Below, piece after piece: positions 44,301-59,300 of a stretch of 64,000 nucleotides of DNA. The DNA comes from Barthelona sp. PCE (lineage: Eukaryota), in contig JAUFOR010000003.1 of the NCBI GenBank assembly GCA_040285745.1, positions 682,001-746,000 on the forward strand. Reading direction: 5' to 3'. The notes beneath the pieces are model-generated. The model did no database searches and had not been told where the DNA came from. It was given only the letters and a program-made list of their open reading frames with translations. Positions within the stretch are counted from its first letter, which is position 1; each line of letters starts with the position of its first letter. The translations under genes and the position numbers were made by a program.

Positions 44301-47300
44301 TCAGTGCCGATCATTCGACCATCAGAGCTCAGGTAGATACTGGATCCTGATACTCTTGCATTGCGTTCATCGATAGTCCATTCTCCCGTCAATTCAACTG
44401 CAGATCCTGTAGCAATGTTCAGGTCACATGCAATTTCTAGAGATGAAGCTGGATAAGAGGTGAAGGTACTGCCACCTTTAACGTTGAATTCTGTTATATT
44501 GAGCACTGAGTCAGCAAACACAAATACTTGTGAGCTTCCTTCAACGCTGCTGAATGTTGCGTCAGTGGAAGTGTTCCAGAACTCAAAAGTGCTACTCTTA
44601 AGCTTCTTAAGAACAGTGTTGTTAATAACTGTGTTTGTAAACGTGTTGGAACCACTCTCAACTTTTTCAATAACGATATTGTTGACCATAGAGTCGGTAA
44701 CTTCGATTTCACCCTTGGAAGTATCAACAGTGAGGTTTCCAAAAGTGCATCCATTGATAGTGAGCTTGCCGCCGTTATCGATCTCACATATATTGAGCTC
44801 GTCGACATTGATACGATCGAACTCGAGATTACCACCTGCTGCAATATAGATACAACCTGAGACATTGAACTTTGATAATTCCATAGCGGAAACGTATCCG
44901 TTAATGTACAGATCACCCTCACCCTCGATAACCGAGTTGGGCCAGAGCGTCATACTACTCATATATATGGATGTGCCAGCCTTTATCTCAATAGTGTCAT
45001 AGTTATTGGACATGGCAGAGCTGTCAATATAAAAGTTTCCACTGCGTACGCTGAGCAAACCGTCATTATGCATGGGGAAGTTGAAGTAGACAGACTCGCC
45101 CATCTTTGCAACTGTACCGTTGTTAATAAACTGTGACGAAGCATCACCGTCTAGCACACGAGTTTGTTCTTGTGGGAAGTCTGGGAACAGCATAGTGGCG
45201 CCTGGTTTCACCTGCAACGTTGCACTGTTCTTGAGATCGAGAGATCCATCGATATAGTCGATAGAATCCTCAATTGTAACTGTCGAATCGACAATGTATT
45301 TGTAACCTGATGAAGTGAAGTTTCCGTTGTACAAGTGGGTAGTACCACCGTTAAATCCTCCCTTCTGAACCATAACTTCGCTGACGGTAACAACTGAGCT
45401 GCCACCACGGAGACCATCGACGATATCGAGTACATTGATCTCAACTTCGCAGTCGGTATCATATGTGACATTTCCTGAGCTCAAAAACACATTGTCTATT
45501 GTGAGAGGGCAAGTTGTATCGTCAAAGTGGATTTCGGAATTGGTGATGAGCAAATCTAAATCGGGGGTGATCGAGGAATCATTACTGAACGATAGATCTC
45601 CACCTGTGTGTGCATAAGGACATTCACCCGAGTAGTTGAAAGCCATTCGGTTCAGAGTGAGAGATCCATCGTCGCTGATGGGGAATGCACCACCGCAAGC
45701 GACTGTGAACGAACCCTCACCGGAGAACTCGCGATCATCAGTGATTGGTAGCACACCTTCACTGCCAATGCTTACATTTCCTTTCAGCTGAACGTGATCG
45801 CCAACCAGATTGAATTCACCTTTACCAATGTAGAAAGTACCTGTTTTTGTTTGCGTGTAGTTGGCGCTGACTTGGGCGTCTATACTAACAGAGCCGCAGT
45901 CCTTCGCCAATGTACCGTGATTGATCAACTCAAACGTGCTATTATCTCCAGAAAACGTAACGTCGGAGCCAGAACAGATACTTAGCTTACCAGTTTCGAG
46001 CACTTCGATGGTAGAGTTGGAACCATCCCAAACAGCTTCTTGTTTGATTATCATTGATCCAGCAATATCGAACTCATGCCCGTTGCCAATTGTATGAGCG
46101 GCTGTTGTGTTCATGTAACCCTCTCCGTCAACAGGAATTAGGGTCTTACCTGGACCATTAAAGCATCCATGAGGGACCTGGAGCTCCTGCACATGTAACT
46201 CGCCGTTTCCGGTGCGGCAAGATCCGCAATCGAGAGTGAGCGAGCGTAAGTGAACAGCCTGGCCTTCGCTGATGGTTAGATTGATTCCACAAAGATGGAG
46301 AACAGCACCGTCACAAACCACGGCTGTGGGAGTGAATATTAGTTCTCCAACACCGGAAACGATGGATTTCTCTCCTTTGAGACAGTAATAGCCACCAATG
46401 ACAAGGGTGGAACTGTTGGCAACATGTAACTCGGAGTTGAAACCTGTGAGTGAGGAGTTAACGTCAAAGACAAAGTCGCTCTCGATCAGAAGGGATGTAT
46501 CGTCGGTCATTGTAAGGTTTCCACTATCAGCATAGTAACCCTGGTTCATGGAAACAACGAAATCCGGGAAATTAAGTTCAAAGACACCATCTTCAAGGAC
46601 AAGTCTCCAATCAGACTGGAAATCAAGTCCCTTCTTATAGTCCTTCGCGGCTGGATCATCCTCAATACCGGTTAGCGTGCCTCGGTTGATAAAAGTTGCC
46701 TTCTCGGTGTTGACAGTGATGTCGAATTCATCCTTCAGCTCAGCAAAAGAATCAGCGCTGTTATCAGGAATATACGCATCACCCACGTCCCATGGCTCGG
46801 CGAACTTTGCTGGTTTCATAACCTTGAAGTATCCCTCATTAATTATGCGGGCGTTCGGATCACCTCTTAGATTTAGTTTGAACTGGACCGATGTATTTCC
46901 TCTGTTGACAAACGTAGAGTTATCAAGGAGCTGAAGATTCAATGATGGTAATAGTTCGACCGGGAGTCGATCAATGAACGGGTTATCGTTCATCATCATC
47001 GTGGAATTGAGTGAAACGGTTGTTCCGTCATCCATGAGACCTCCTCGTTCCCACAACAGCAGACTGTCGATATAAAGCGTATCATTGCAACCTCGGAAAC
47101 CACCTTTTAGATAGAATTTGTCAACATGAACATCAAAATCTGAACAACTGAGGAAATATCCGTCGCTCAAAAAGATTGTGTCGAAATTCAGAGGCTGATC
47201 ACGTGGTAGAATTGTAACATTAGCAGAATTGATGTTAAATGAAGTAGAATTGGAGATTGAAGATGTCGAATGGAAAACCAGGGATCCACGTTCAGTAATC

Positions 47301-50300
47301 TTCACATTTGAACTCTCAAAGTATCCCTTAATGTCAAGGATTGCTTCATGCGTTGAATTGGGAATCGTATCAAATAAAATAACCGCTTCTGATCCCAAGA
47401 ACTGAGATCCTTCCTTAATTTCAAACTCGCTAGACACACCAAACGTTGCCGATGGGTCAACGTAGATTGTATCGTTTGAATAACCACCACTTGAACATGA
47501 AAACAAGCCAACGTTAAGATATATCGATCTGTGGTTGATGCACGTCAGATATGAGATGACGTTACGCGCTGTGACGCTTACGTTACCATCATTGATGAAG
47601 AAGGCTTCGTTTGTACCATTTGATAGCGAGAAGTAAATGTCCTGAGCCAGCTCCAAAGTTGCATTGTGGTTGTTCACCAGTTCAGCGCCCTCATAGGCAG
47701 TTAGAGACGCAGGCTCACTGATCGTCAGCTGCTTGTCTGGTGGGAAACGCAGCGTGCCGTTATTAACAAGACGGGCGTAAGCCTGCAGAATGGACTTACC
47801 GCTCTTGAGGACTTCTCCCATCTTGAGGACAACTGTCGTTGAGTTACTGTTGAAACCACCGCCCTGCCACTTGAGGTAATCCACAACATATAGTGTATCT
47901 ACACCACCACGAAGACCACCTTCAATTATGAGAGTATTGACGTAGCAGTCCTTACCACTTGAGAAGTTAATGCAGCCGTCGTACTGTTGGACACTATCCA
48001 GGCGCACATCACCGCTTACATTGAAGAAGTTAATCACGCCCGTGCTAGCACGCACAATGACATCATCGAGCTTCTCTAGCACACATTGGTTATGGAAATG
48101 AAGTGTACCACCATCAGCTACCATTGTTGTATTCGAGAAAACGTTACCGTGGAAGGCTACTTCAGACCCCTCGTTGACTGTGATCTCACCATACATTCTG
48201 TAATCGGAAGATTGTGTGAAGTTAAGAATCTGGGTTTCACCAAACGGAGTGTTATATCCAAATTCACCAACAAAAAGACGGGCGCTAGGATTCATGACGG
48301 AGAAGTTACCACCAAAAATTCCGCCCTCAATCAAATGCAAAGATCCGTAGTTGAGCTCAACAACTGTATCCGCCCCACTATCGAAAGAGACATAGCTCTT
48401 GAAATCGTTGCACGGATAGTTAAGTCGGAATATTCCATTGTTAAAGAAGCTTGAGCGTAGAGAACCACCTGACTTGATAGCAGATGTTCTTGTGATATTC
48501 ATTTCACCATTATTGATGAAAGTGGCATTGTTCTGCAAGTTAAGCATACCAATGCCAGATACAATAGCTTTTTTCTCACTGATGAGCACAGTATTCGATC
48601 TTATGATCTTCTCATACTGTCCTGTCAGCGTCATTAGCTCCAATGCACGAACCGTAACTCCATCGATGAACTCACCCTTCTCCCATAGCATTTCTTCGTT
48701 GACTCGAATGTTGTTCAAACCACCAACGATACCACCTCTGTTCTCCAGTCGATCAAATTCACCTTCGCTCTGCATGAAGAACTCGATGAGTCCACCATAC
48801 AGTATGAGGTTCTTGACGTCCAACATCGGTTGAACGTCATACACTCTTATATGGGCACAATAGTGATCAGTGGCAGCCGTGCACGTTGTTCCCTTGATGA
48901 TAATAGTATCTGTGATGAGTGATGATTCATCTCTTAGGTTCAATCGACCATACGTCATGTCAATAGTGGAAAGCTGAATAAGTCCATCAACATTGAGAGC
49001 AACTGCTGTGTAGATACCGTATATATTGCTACCTGGGTAGGTAAAGACTAGGGTGGGTGGGTCTTTGGCGATTCCACCCTCCGGCGGGGGTCCATCCAGC
49101 ACCTCCACAATGGAAGAGTTGGCATCAATGAACGATTTTCCAGACTTGTGAGCCAAAGAAGAGCCGTTGTGCATGAGTATATGAGAATTATTCCAGAGAT
49201 TGAAGTTGTATAAAGTCACAATATCAGAATTGTGTAGTGTCCAGTTACCTGTACCAAAAAACTGAGACTGTGGGAACGTCAGTGATCCATCCGTGATATT
49301 CAGCTCACCATGGTTGCGTAGATACAATCCATGCCCTGCATAAGCGGAACGGAAATGGTTACAAAGTGGTTTTGGAACTTGTGCCCATAAACCTGCATTG
49401 TGCTTAACGGGAACTCGGTTAAATTGATCGAGATATCGCGGACACGCATTTTTTGAACAACTGCCATAAATCTGGTTATAGAAGTGCTGATTTCCCGTCA
49501 TTTGTCCCATAGCTTCTGGGAAGTTGGACCCATAGAAACGGATAATATTACTACCTTCGCAAGTAGTATATGAGAAGTCATCATGGACATCAAGTGTGCC
49601 GTTGATAACTACCTCTGACCTGAGAGCCATATATTTGACGTTATTAGTGAAGATCTCTGTATGGTTCGTCACAGTTGTCAAAGTTCGATTTGTTTTTGCA
49701 GCACCAATGAAGCCACCACGCTTCCAAATCAGATTATCGACCACTAGATTATCACTACCGCAACGGAAACCACCATCAAGAGTAAGGGTGTTGAATTTAA
49801 CTTCTGGTACACCAGTGTCAAAGATTAGATAGCCACCCTCAACCCGCATCTCCTTGAACTTTTCAACGTTCTTGATATCACGGAAAATGGTAACACCACC
49901 CTCAATGAGAAGAACATCCAATTGAACGGTATCGTTGAACTCATCAAATCTAATTTCACCAGTTCTTCGCGTTAAGGCAGAGTTTACGTGCCAAGTACCC
50001 GCCAACGTTGGGCTGTCGGGATCCCAAGCCATGACCTGCTTGAACCAGATTAAACCGTCTGAACAGTAAACATCAGTTATATTAATGACTGCAGGCTCAA
50101 AGAACTGAAGTGTCGCACCGTAGTGCTGTTCAATTCTGGAGGAGAAAAGCCAATAGCCGTGGAAAGTCATATCTGCCTTTTCGGAAAGCGTGACAACAGT
50201 TGAATTATAACCGTTTATCCATGATGTGGCACCGAAAACGTGATCTCCATCCCCGCCCAGATGGATATCAACACCGTGGAACATTGTGAAGTTTCCGTCG

Positions 50301-53300
50301 TAAGTTCCCGGTCCTAATGACAAATAAATATCATTGTTAACCTCAAAGTTAACATTTTCGTACAAGCGGACACGGCACAAAGCCTCCCAATCAGTGTATA
50401 CGTTAACCTCATTGTAAGCTTCAAGCCACCCAGCTCCAACAAGCTTGGTACTGTTGTTGACATCAATAACATCATTAGAAACAATGACTGCATCAGTATC
50501 AACGGTCATAGTGCCGTTCTTATCGAATTCAAGATGGTCAATAACTGTGAGGTTCATACCCTTCATGTAGGAGCTCAAAACACCAACAAATTTGGTTGTG
50601 TTTGTAACAATTTTTCCATCATATGCAGAAACTCCTTCCCAAACAATGCTGTCTGTGATAATAGTATCAGTACCTCGCTTGGTACCCTGCATCAACTGCA
50701 ATTCGTTGATATAAAACGTATTTGCTGAGTACATTGATATGGTAGAGCATGCATGATTCAGTTGGAGAATATTATTGACGATTGGAACGTTAAACGTACT
50801 CTCAAAAGAAATCTTACCGCCCATCTGCATACGCAGGTCTGGCAGCGTAATGTTATTATCCAAGAAATTCTCTAAGATTAAATGCGTTCCGCACTCGAAT
50901 CTCCAGTCGTTGTCAATGCCGACGTCTGATGTCACCGACTTGAGGTGGAGCGTGGTGCCTGCGGCATGTCCAGTGAGGTTCATGTGGATGTGCCACATAT
51001 CAATATTCGGAACATATATGGAGTTATCGAAAGTTATGACACTTTTTTCAGCAAATACGTAGCTGACATTGTGTTGGGCTTCATTAAATGAAACAACAGC
51101 TCCGCTGGTAGAGTTGATATAGAATGGCTCAAACACACCTTCGAAAGTGGCAATCATATTATTGGCAAAATTCAACTTAAAGTTCATACCTCTTAGAACA
51201 CTGGTGTTCTTGAAGTTATATTCAAATGAAGTGCTGAACACATATCCACCGTCAACAATCTTGTTCGACATAAGTAAGATGCATGCATCACATATATGGA
51301 CATTACCCTCAATTGTTGCGCCACCAACACCCAAGTTGAGCTCAGCCGCGTTCTGGTAGTAGTTTCCACCCTTCTGTATGAAGTTCCAATGTAAATTCAT
51401 GGTATCCACCACTGTAAAGTTCACATCGTTCCCGACTTCTAAGATTGGGTACTTTGACTGCTGATGACCGTTGAGATAGTGATATGGATAGAATCGAACC
51501 TTGCTTTTCGCTAAGATAAAACCATCAGCATAGACTATGAACCGAGAACGATCACCAATGATGAGAGGAGTTCCAAAGAGCTCCATTCCCGCTGTTATGC
51601 GCACCTTGGCATAGGATGTCTCATGATCTGAAGACGTCAGTATGTACATCAGCGGAGTAACTATCTCAAGAGGGGTTTCTAGCGTTCCTGATATAAAACC
51701 AGCATGCCAGTAATAGATGGTATTGACTGTGATATTATCTGTGCCAGCAATACTACCATTCAGATGCTCGATATATGCGCATTCAGGTTTATGGCCAGTG
51801 CTGAAGTTGAGAATACCCACTGTATCCAGGATTACACCATGTATGATCCAGTCGAAATCCCAGTTGACAAAGTGCTGAGCACCGGATGTTTGGTTAAGAA
51901 CATTTGGAACACTGAGGTTGAAGTGGACCTCTTCCCATATGAAATCTCCCAATATCGGGTTCTGCTCATACCATACACCGTAATCTACATCAAGATTATG
52001 TATTGTGCCGCCGTTATATTCAATGTAATGATACGTGATATTCTCGTGATGTGCAATGAAAAATAATCCATTGTTAACTTCAACATTGATCATCTCTACA
52101 TATCCAGCACGGCTGTCAGTAATGCTAACCTCACCACCGTTCATTGTAACATTTCGTAGCAAACAGTGTGTAAAGTTACGAACAGTGAAGTCGGCACCTT
52201 TGCTGTCTATTGTGTTGATCTTAACAGACTTACCAATGTCGTATATGGTTGTTGATCCGCCAAAGGCTGTGATTCTGTCAACAGTAACATCATCACGAAT
52301 ATCAGCAATCAGACCCTCTCCACCAACGATATCCATTGTGTTGAAGGTTGCATTTCCGATAACACCATCTATAAACATAATACCACCCTTCTGAAGGAAC
52401 GTGTCAATAATAGAGTCGCATAAAAGATTACGGATGACAATTGCACCACCCTGCATCTCAAACACATCGATATCTAGAACCCCTTCCTTCTCACACGTGT
52501 CACTAATGTACACATAACCGTTACCGATTGTGATGTTGACGAAATCAAAGATAGCAGTCCTGCGGAAGGCTATATGACCAACTTGTCTCCATTCAAAGTG
52601 ATCGTGGGAATCCCAGATACCCTCAATGAAGTACCATGATTCATCATCTGCTGTATTCAACTTACCGTGATGGACACTACATGTTGCATTCTCTTTTATC
52701 AAAAGATTGCTTTCTTCCAACAGGAATCCACAATCATCACATCCAACAGTGCGAACCTCCAAGAGTTTATGGATCGTTGAGCCTTCAGTTATTCGAAGAA
52801 TAAAGTACGTATCAAGGATTAGCGTATAATTATAATCGTTGTATACCATCTCCATTAGCAGGCCTCGTTGAGTTGTTGGTTGTGTTATGTTCACAACAAC
52901 AGTACCGTAGTTATCAAAATTAGTCTGCAGATCGTGATCTTTGAATCTTGTGAACCATAACGGTGTTTCCATTACGAACAAATCATTATTGGTGATTGTA
53001 TTATAACCAAACAGCAAGATATGAGGGTTCCAGGAACTAAAATAAGAAGTACTAAGATTTGCAACACCATTGAACGTGATGTCTGCTTGTTTCATTATAT
53101 AATGGTAATCATACATATCCAGGTACAAACTAAAAGAAGTGTTGTACAGTATATGAGACTGGTGTTGGATAAATAGACCCATTAGGGCTTCTCCAACGGT
53201 AATCTGAGGACCACCATACATGTATACATAGTCAACAAACAGTTTGTCGGCGAAAACTACATTGTCGGGCACTGAAATGAGGTTTAGTGCTGAAATTGTA

Positions 53301-56300
53301 GCATCTACCTGACTGAAAGAGATATTAGAATCTACGCTCTTGTAATAAGCACATCTAAGCGTCAAAGATTCGTATCTACGGTTATTGTTGATTGAGTTAA
53401 ATTCAAAATATGCACGGTCGATGGTGAATGATGTTGTTTTCAAATCACCATTGTCCTCAACAATCATGATACCACCGACTGTGTCGATGGGACCAGGAAG
53501 ATTGATGAGACCGCGGACTGTCAGACTACCAGAGTTGCTCACAGAAACAGTGCTGAAGTTACCACCAGTTGTGATTGTTGCACCCTCCTCAACAACAGAT
53601 TCTGAAGTTCTGAAGGCCAAGCCAGCAATAGAAGAGTTGAGCAGTACTGTGCCACCCAAGTCCATACCTCCACTGACAGCGAACATACCACTTTCGATGA
53701 TGAGGTCACCATCCAACACCACATTAAATTGAGAATCGAAAGTCTCATCACCAATGTCGATGAACCATTTTGCACCTGAATCAATTAGTAATTGCGTACG
53801 TTGAACGTTAAATTCAGTTTCTCTCCATTGTCCCCAGCCACGACGGTCGTTGAATTTGAACAGTTCCGGTGAGGAAACGCTCAAGACGGAAGGTGAAGGA
53901 ATGTGGAAAAGACAGTGTTCTTCACCAACTAACTGACCACCCATCCACTCAAATCGAGTTAGAGCCTTGATCATGGTGTGTTTGTCAATTAAAAACTTTC
54001 TATCTGAAGATAGCGCACGGCCAGTATTAAAGACCAGTTCAGTTCCATATGAGATTGAACCCGTGTACCAATCAAAATGATCCAGTACAACAGTCTCGTT
54101 GAACATGGTAAACTCACCACCAAACATTGTGAGTACATCAACAGTGATGTCGTTAGAGGGGGAGTCCATATCTAGGAATACTCCATGTGGAGGTTCGCTT
54201 TCACCATAGACGAAAATCTCGGAAATGGTGGAACCAGCTCTAAAGTCACGTAAGTACATACGACTGTAGTTACTGACGAAGCGGCTCAGTTTTAAGTGAA
54301 TATCAGTAAGATATACAATCGACTCTTCAAAGATATATTCGAAATCCTCGAAGAAACCATGAACATCTTTGATGTCAACATCAGATCGAATAAAACTCAC
54401 ATTCTCTTGCTGAAAATTAATAGTATTGCGAACATTGTCAATTACAATAACTGAATCTTCTAGAATAAAACTGGAAATTTCAACCTTCTGCCCAACATCG
54501 AGCAGCTTGAATGTGGATCGCTGATTATGAACAGATTGATCGTACGTGATATGGATCTCATTAAAAGCAAGAGACTGTCCGTTTTCGACGCCATCAATGA
54601 TGAACAAACCACCTTGTTGATGAACGCTGTCAAAAGAAAAGCGTCCAGTGTTGATAAACTGAACAGTACCATAGCTGATATTGAAGCATGAATGATCAGT
54701 GTCAAAAAGACCTAGAACAGTTAGTGTTGTGTAGTTATAAAAGCGAACCTCAGCCAAACCACTGAAAACACCGGTTTCTTCAATGATGAACTCATTGTTA
54801 CCGAATAGATCAACAACAGTTGATGCGTTCGTTGACATCTCACCCTTGAGAACACCTCGTTGAATGCCAATGACTCCCTGTCTGAGGAAAACATCATTGA
54901 GTTCAAGGTAAATATAAGATGTCAGATGCACCTTCTGTGATACTTGGGTTCTCAACAGACCGAGTCTACTGACAAGCATGTCATCAGGAAACGCGGTGAT
55001 AAAATTACTCACATTAATCATGTGCATCTCATTGATATTTAGAACAGCAACATCACCATTAGACGGAAGCAAATCATGCGGGTCATGGTAATAACCATCG
55101 ACAATATCAACTGTACCGAATACAAACGTCTTATTGTGGGCGTTGATGACCGAGCCACGATCACAATATAATGTAACGTCTTGATCGATATACCAGTTTG
55201 AGAAGAAGTCAAGTTGAGAGTTTGATTGCAGAAAAGGAATTGCGTTGTCCATGCCTTTTGCGGATGTGAGAACACTGAATGCCGAATCAAGGACGACTAA
55301 ATGACCGTCAAATTCACCAGCACGCCAATGGAATCCATCTGAAAGGACAACGGTGTCCTGCGTCTTAATTCTTGCCTTTCCAGCCAGATAGAGCTCCTTA
55401 ATAGTGACGTTGAACCCGGTGTTGAAAGTAACAGTAGCGTTCCGAACGTCCAGTTTCAGAAGATCCAGAGGCTCAGACAACTCACCAAAGTCGACCTGAC
55501 CTCCTGTGATGAGCATTCCTCTAATGATGACGGGCTTTGCCAGGTTCTTGAATTGGACAGAACCGCCTTGGATAGCCAGCCACTCAATGACAAGCTGCTT
55601 GTCGATGTTGATGAATTGAACGATACCGTTATAGAGCTCGACATGTGCCAGGGTCCATACATCAATACAACTAGCAGGAGCGGATGTGAATACGGCAGAA
55701 CCGCCGATCGTTGTGATATTATCAATGAGGAAATCAGCACCAGACACAAAGTGTAATGTACCAGCATTCACCTGTAGATTCGAACCTAGGAGCCACTTAC
55801 CGCCGAAACGAACGTAACCACCTGAGTCGACTGTGAACACTGACCCGTTTCCAGAGACAATTGCCGTGTTAGTGATGACTGTTGGTCCCATCATAACTAC
55901 TGAACTTGAGAGTTCTCCACCCACCACATCTGGTAAATTGATCTCACCACTGAAGACACCACCACCTGCAAACACAGCAGTTACGTTGGGTGCAATGTTA
56001 AGCGGGCTGTTGACCGTCACATTCCACTCAATGGTGGCATCAGCATCAATGATTAATGATCCATCGATCTTTAACCACGGCAATGGGAGCTGATTGCATC
56101 CATGTGTGTTAGAAAGGGGATAAAACACAGCCATCGAGTCCATTGCGCCGGAAGCAAAAGCTGGAAGACACTGTTCAACTCTATTGAACTCGCTTGATGT
56201 TTTGATGTGCATCTGAAGACCGTCTCTGATGTGAAACTGCACACCCTTTCCACCGCTGATGGCGAATCCCTCTTCGATGACGGTCATGTTGGCGTTTGAT

Positions 56301-59300
56301 GCAAACGATGCGTAATTCCGCATGAATTTCGACCCGTTTGTTCGCAAAATTACATTGGGCGTCAGTGCATTCAGATAAACGCTGTCATCGAGACCTCCCT
56401 TTTCCCAAAGCGTGGAGTTCATAATATTCAACGTTCCCTGACCAGCGTGATATCCACCAAAGAACTTGTAATCCTCAGCATAGAACTCTGGTACGTTATC
56501 AAATACAAGATAAGCTGCATCGCTACTGGATGTGCGTTCACCCAAGATAACACTGTTAACATGGATGGGCATCATCTGTTGCAGAACTAGTTGCCCGGAA
56601 AACTGCTCTATTGATGTGAGATTGAACCAGTTGCTGGTCGGGTTGCTCGAATTAGCGATGCTTCTCAAGTGTAGAAGCGCTGGGATCGATGTGTTCATGG
56701 TTATGACTTGCCAGTTAACGAATGCATCATATAGATATAATTTACCACCGTGATGAGTGAACACTGTGTTCATTTTCATTGTTCCATAGAACTCAACAAC
56801 GGCATTTTCATGGAGCAGCTCGAACTGAGCATTGGTGGCAAAGCTCACAGCACTAACTACACTGTTCACGTCGAAGTCGTATGTACCCTGATAAAACTGC
56901 ATACCGTTGGCATTGTACTCAAAATTGAACACACCAGCCACATCAACTACAGCATTTTCGTACACCAGAGGACCACCGTGATCATTCACCAACACAACCG
57001 ACTGTGAATCATACTTAATATTCTGATTTGTGTAGAAAGTGCTTTCATTGTGGAAGGTCGTAACTGCCTTGAATCGGTGCACATAATAATTCAATGACCA
57101 GCTACCATACTGCTGCTTCAATAATCTGAAATTACCGTGAATGTCAAATGTATCATGGAAATAGACACTTACTCTAGCATATGTTCGCAGCAGTAGATCA
57201 GTGCAATTGATCGTTGTATGTGATTGGAAGTGCACAGCCGTGACACCTGGGGTACGATCGATGTCTCCAATAAATATATTGGCTTGATACTCATCAAAAA
57301 ATGATTCACCAGTGATGTAAGTCTCATAAAAATAGTATTCTGTCTGACCTTTCATGTGAAGGGAGTGCACAGTACTCTTCATCACATATATGAAATCAGT
57401 TCCCATGATCACAGCGTTGTCAAACAACGCTACATCAAGTTGTATACGTCTTGGTGGTAACAGCGCTGTCAAATAATAGTCGCAATCTTTGAATAAAATG
57501 CTCGAATGTATCACCTCAAATGTGGAAAGAGTCACATCTTGATACAGAACTGTATACGTTACATTGGTCTGGGCTTCCAAATGTGTGTAATCAACAATAA
57601 ATTCACGATGATACCAGAACAAACCAGTACAATTCGTCATATTCATTGCAGAAATTTCAAATAGATTCGATTGGTAGTACTCAACGTTTGAATTTATAGC
57701 AATGATATTACCAATACTATGTTCGAAAGTCGTAGTCATGTCAAACTTGAATATCATATTCGAAAGTAATACGTTATCGAATTCACGAACTTTTGATTTT
57801 TCCGAAAAAATCCAATGGCCTCGATTAAATGTAATGTTCGGACCAAGGTTATATGTACCATGGAAAATAACATAACTCTCGGGAATCATAAGATCGAAAT
57901 AACCATCTCCACTGAATACTGCATCTTCACTAACCTCCAAGTTGTTCAGAACCTTAACGACACCATCCATCTCATAGGAGCCGGTCAAAGTAATCTTACC
58001 CAAAGGTTGTAGTGCGCTGCTATCGTCTACGCTTATTAATCCATTATTGATCAATCGCAAATCAAACGCAAAATCCAGCGATCCATTATTTGATACAGTA
58101 ATTGCTGCACCGCTATTTATCCTTAGAAAACCACCATTATATGTACTGTGAACTGTGGTAGGACAACGGGCAAAATCATGGTATCTGTCAGCGGTTGTTT
58201 GTGAAGTAGCATATAATTTGGCACATGAAGTTAACATACGATTAGTTTGTTGGTAGTTCTCTGCATGTCTGTCCTGGGAATATATCCAGTCTGTTAGTCT
58301 GTGTTGGACTGGAGACTCACCCGACAACGAACAGTTGTCATTTGGTGTAGACCAGTACATGAACGGGATTGGCTTAAAAAATTTGCTGTTGTCAAAAGGC
58401 TCAACCTGAGTAGGACCACAGCACTGACTGGTGAATGAGGAACATATATCATTAATAGAACCTCCCATTGCCTCAAAGAACCGTGACGAGGATGAAAGGA
58501 AGGAATATCCATTAATACAGCATAGACCTCGATCGTATAGAGAACCAACCACGAACGAGTTATTGTTTAGGTTGATCTCGCTACCGTCCATCATATCGAA
58601 TATGGCGTTGGAGGTTGTATGAATGAATAAATCTCCTAACAAGTCCAATTCAGTGTATAGAATAAGGTGAGAATTCGCACCCAGTAACATGAAAGTGTTG
58701 TGTTCTAGCTCCACATTAGCGGTTGAAGCGAGAGTAAGTGTAGCATCTCTTGGTAGAAAGTTACCCGAAACCTCTTTAAAGTTGCCAATTTGAGTGATGA
58801 GCTCACCTGTAACTAAGGTCTCATCATATATCCAACCAGTCTTCCAGTTGAGCACATCCACTTGGATCTTGTCCGGACCATATCGTTTTGCATCACCGTC
58901 CCAAAGCATAAAGTCAACCGGAACAATGAAACTGCCAGTACCTAAGTGAATTGACCCACTTGTACCGTTCAAATGCTGAATATACATTGCTGTTGCAATT
59001 CTATTAACATAAACAGTACCACCGTTAAGATTGAAATTAAAATATGTGAACTCTTCACCTTCTCTGAAAAACAAAACGTTATCTTCAAAAATCAGTCTTG
59101 CTTTATCAGAGGGTGACATTGTAACGTTGACAACAAAAGGAGCAAACTGACAACCGTTCTGAACAGTTACAGTAGCATTGTCTTTGATTCCTTCAAAACT
59201 ACACAGTTCAACATAACAGTCTCCTGTAAGTATCAAATGAGATGAACCCAATGCAGAGAAGTAACCGTACGTTTTGAGCATGTTAGACTGGATTTCAACA

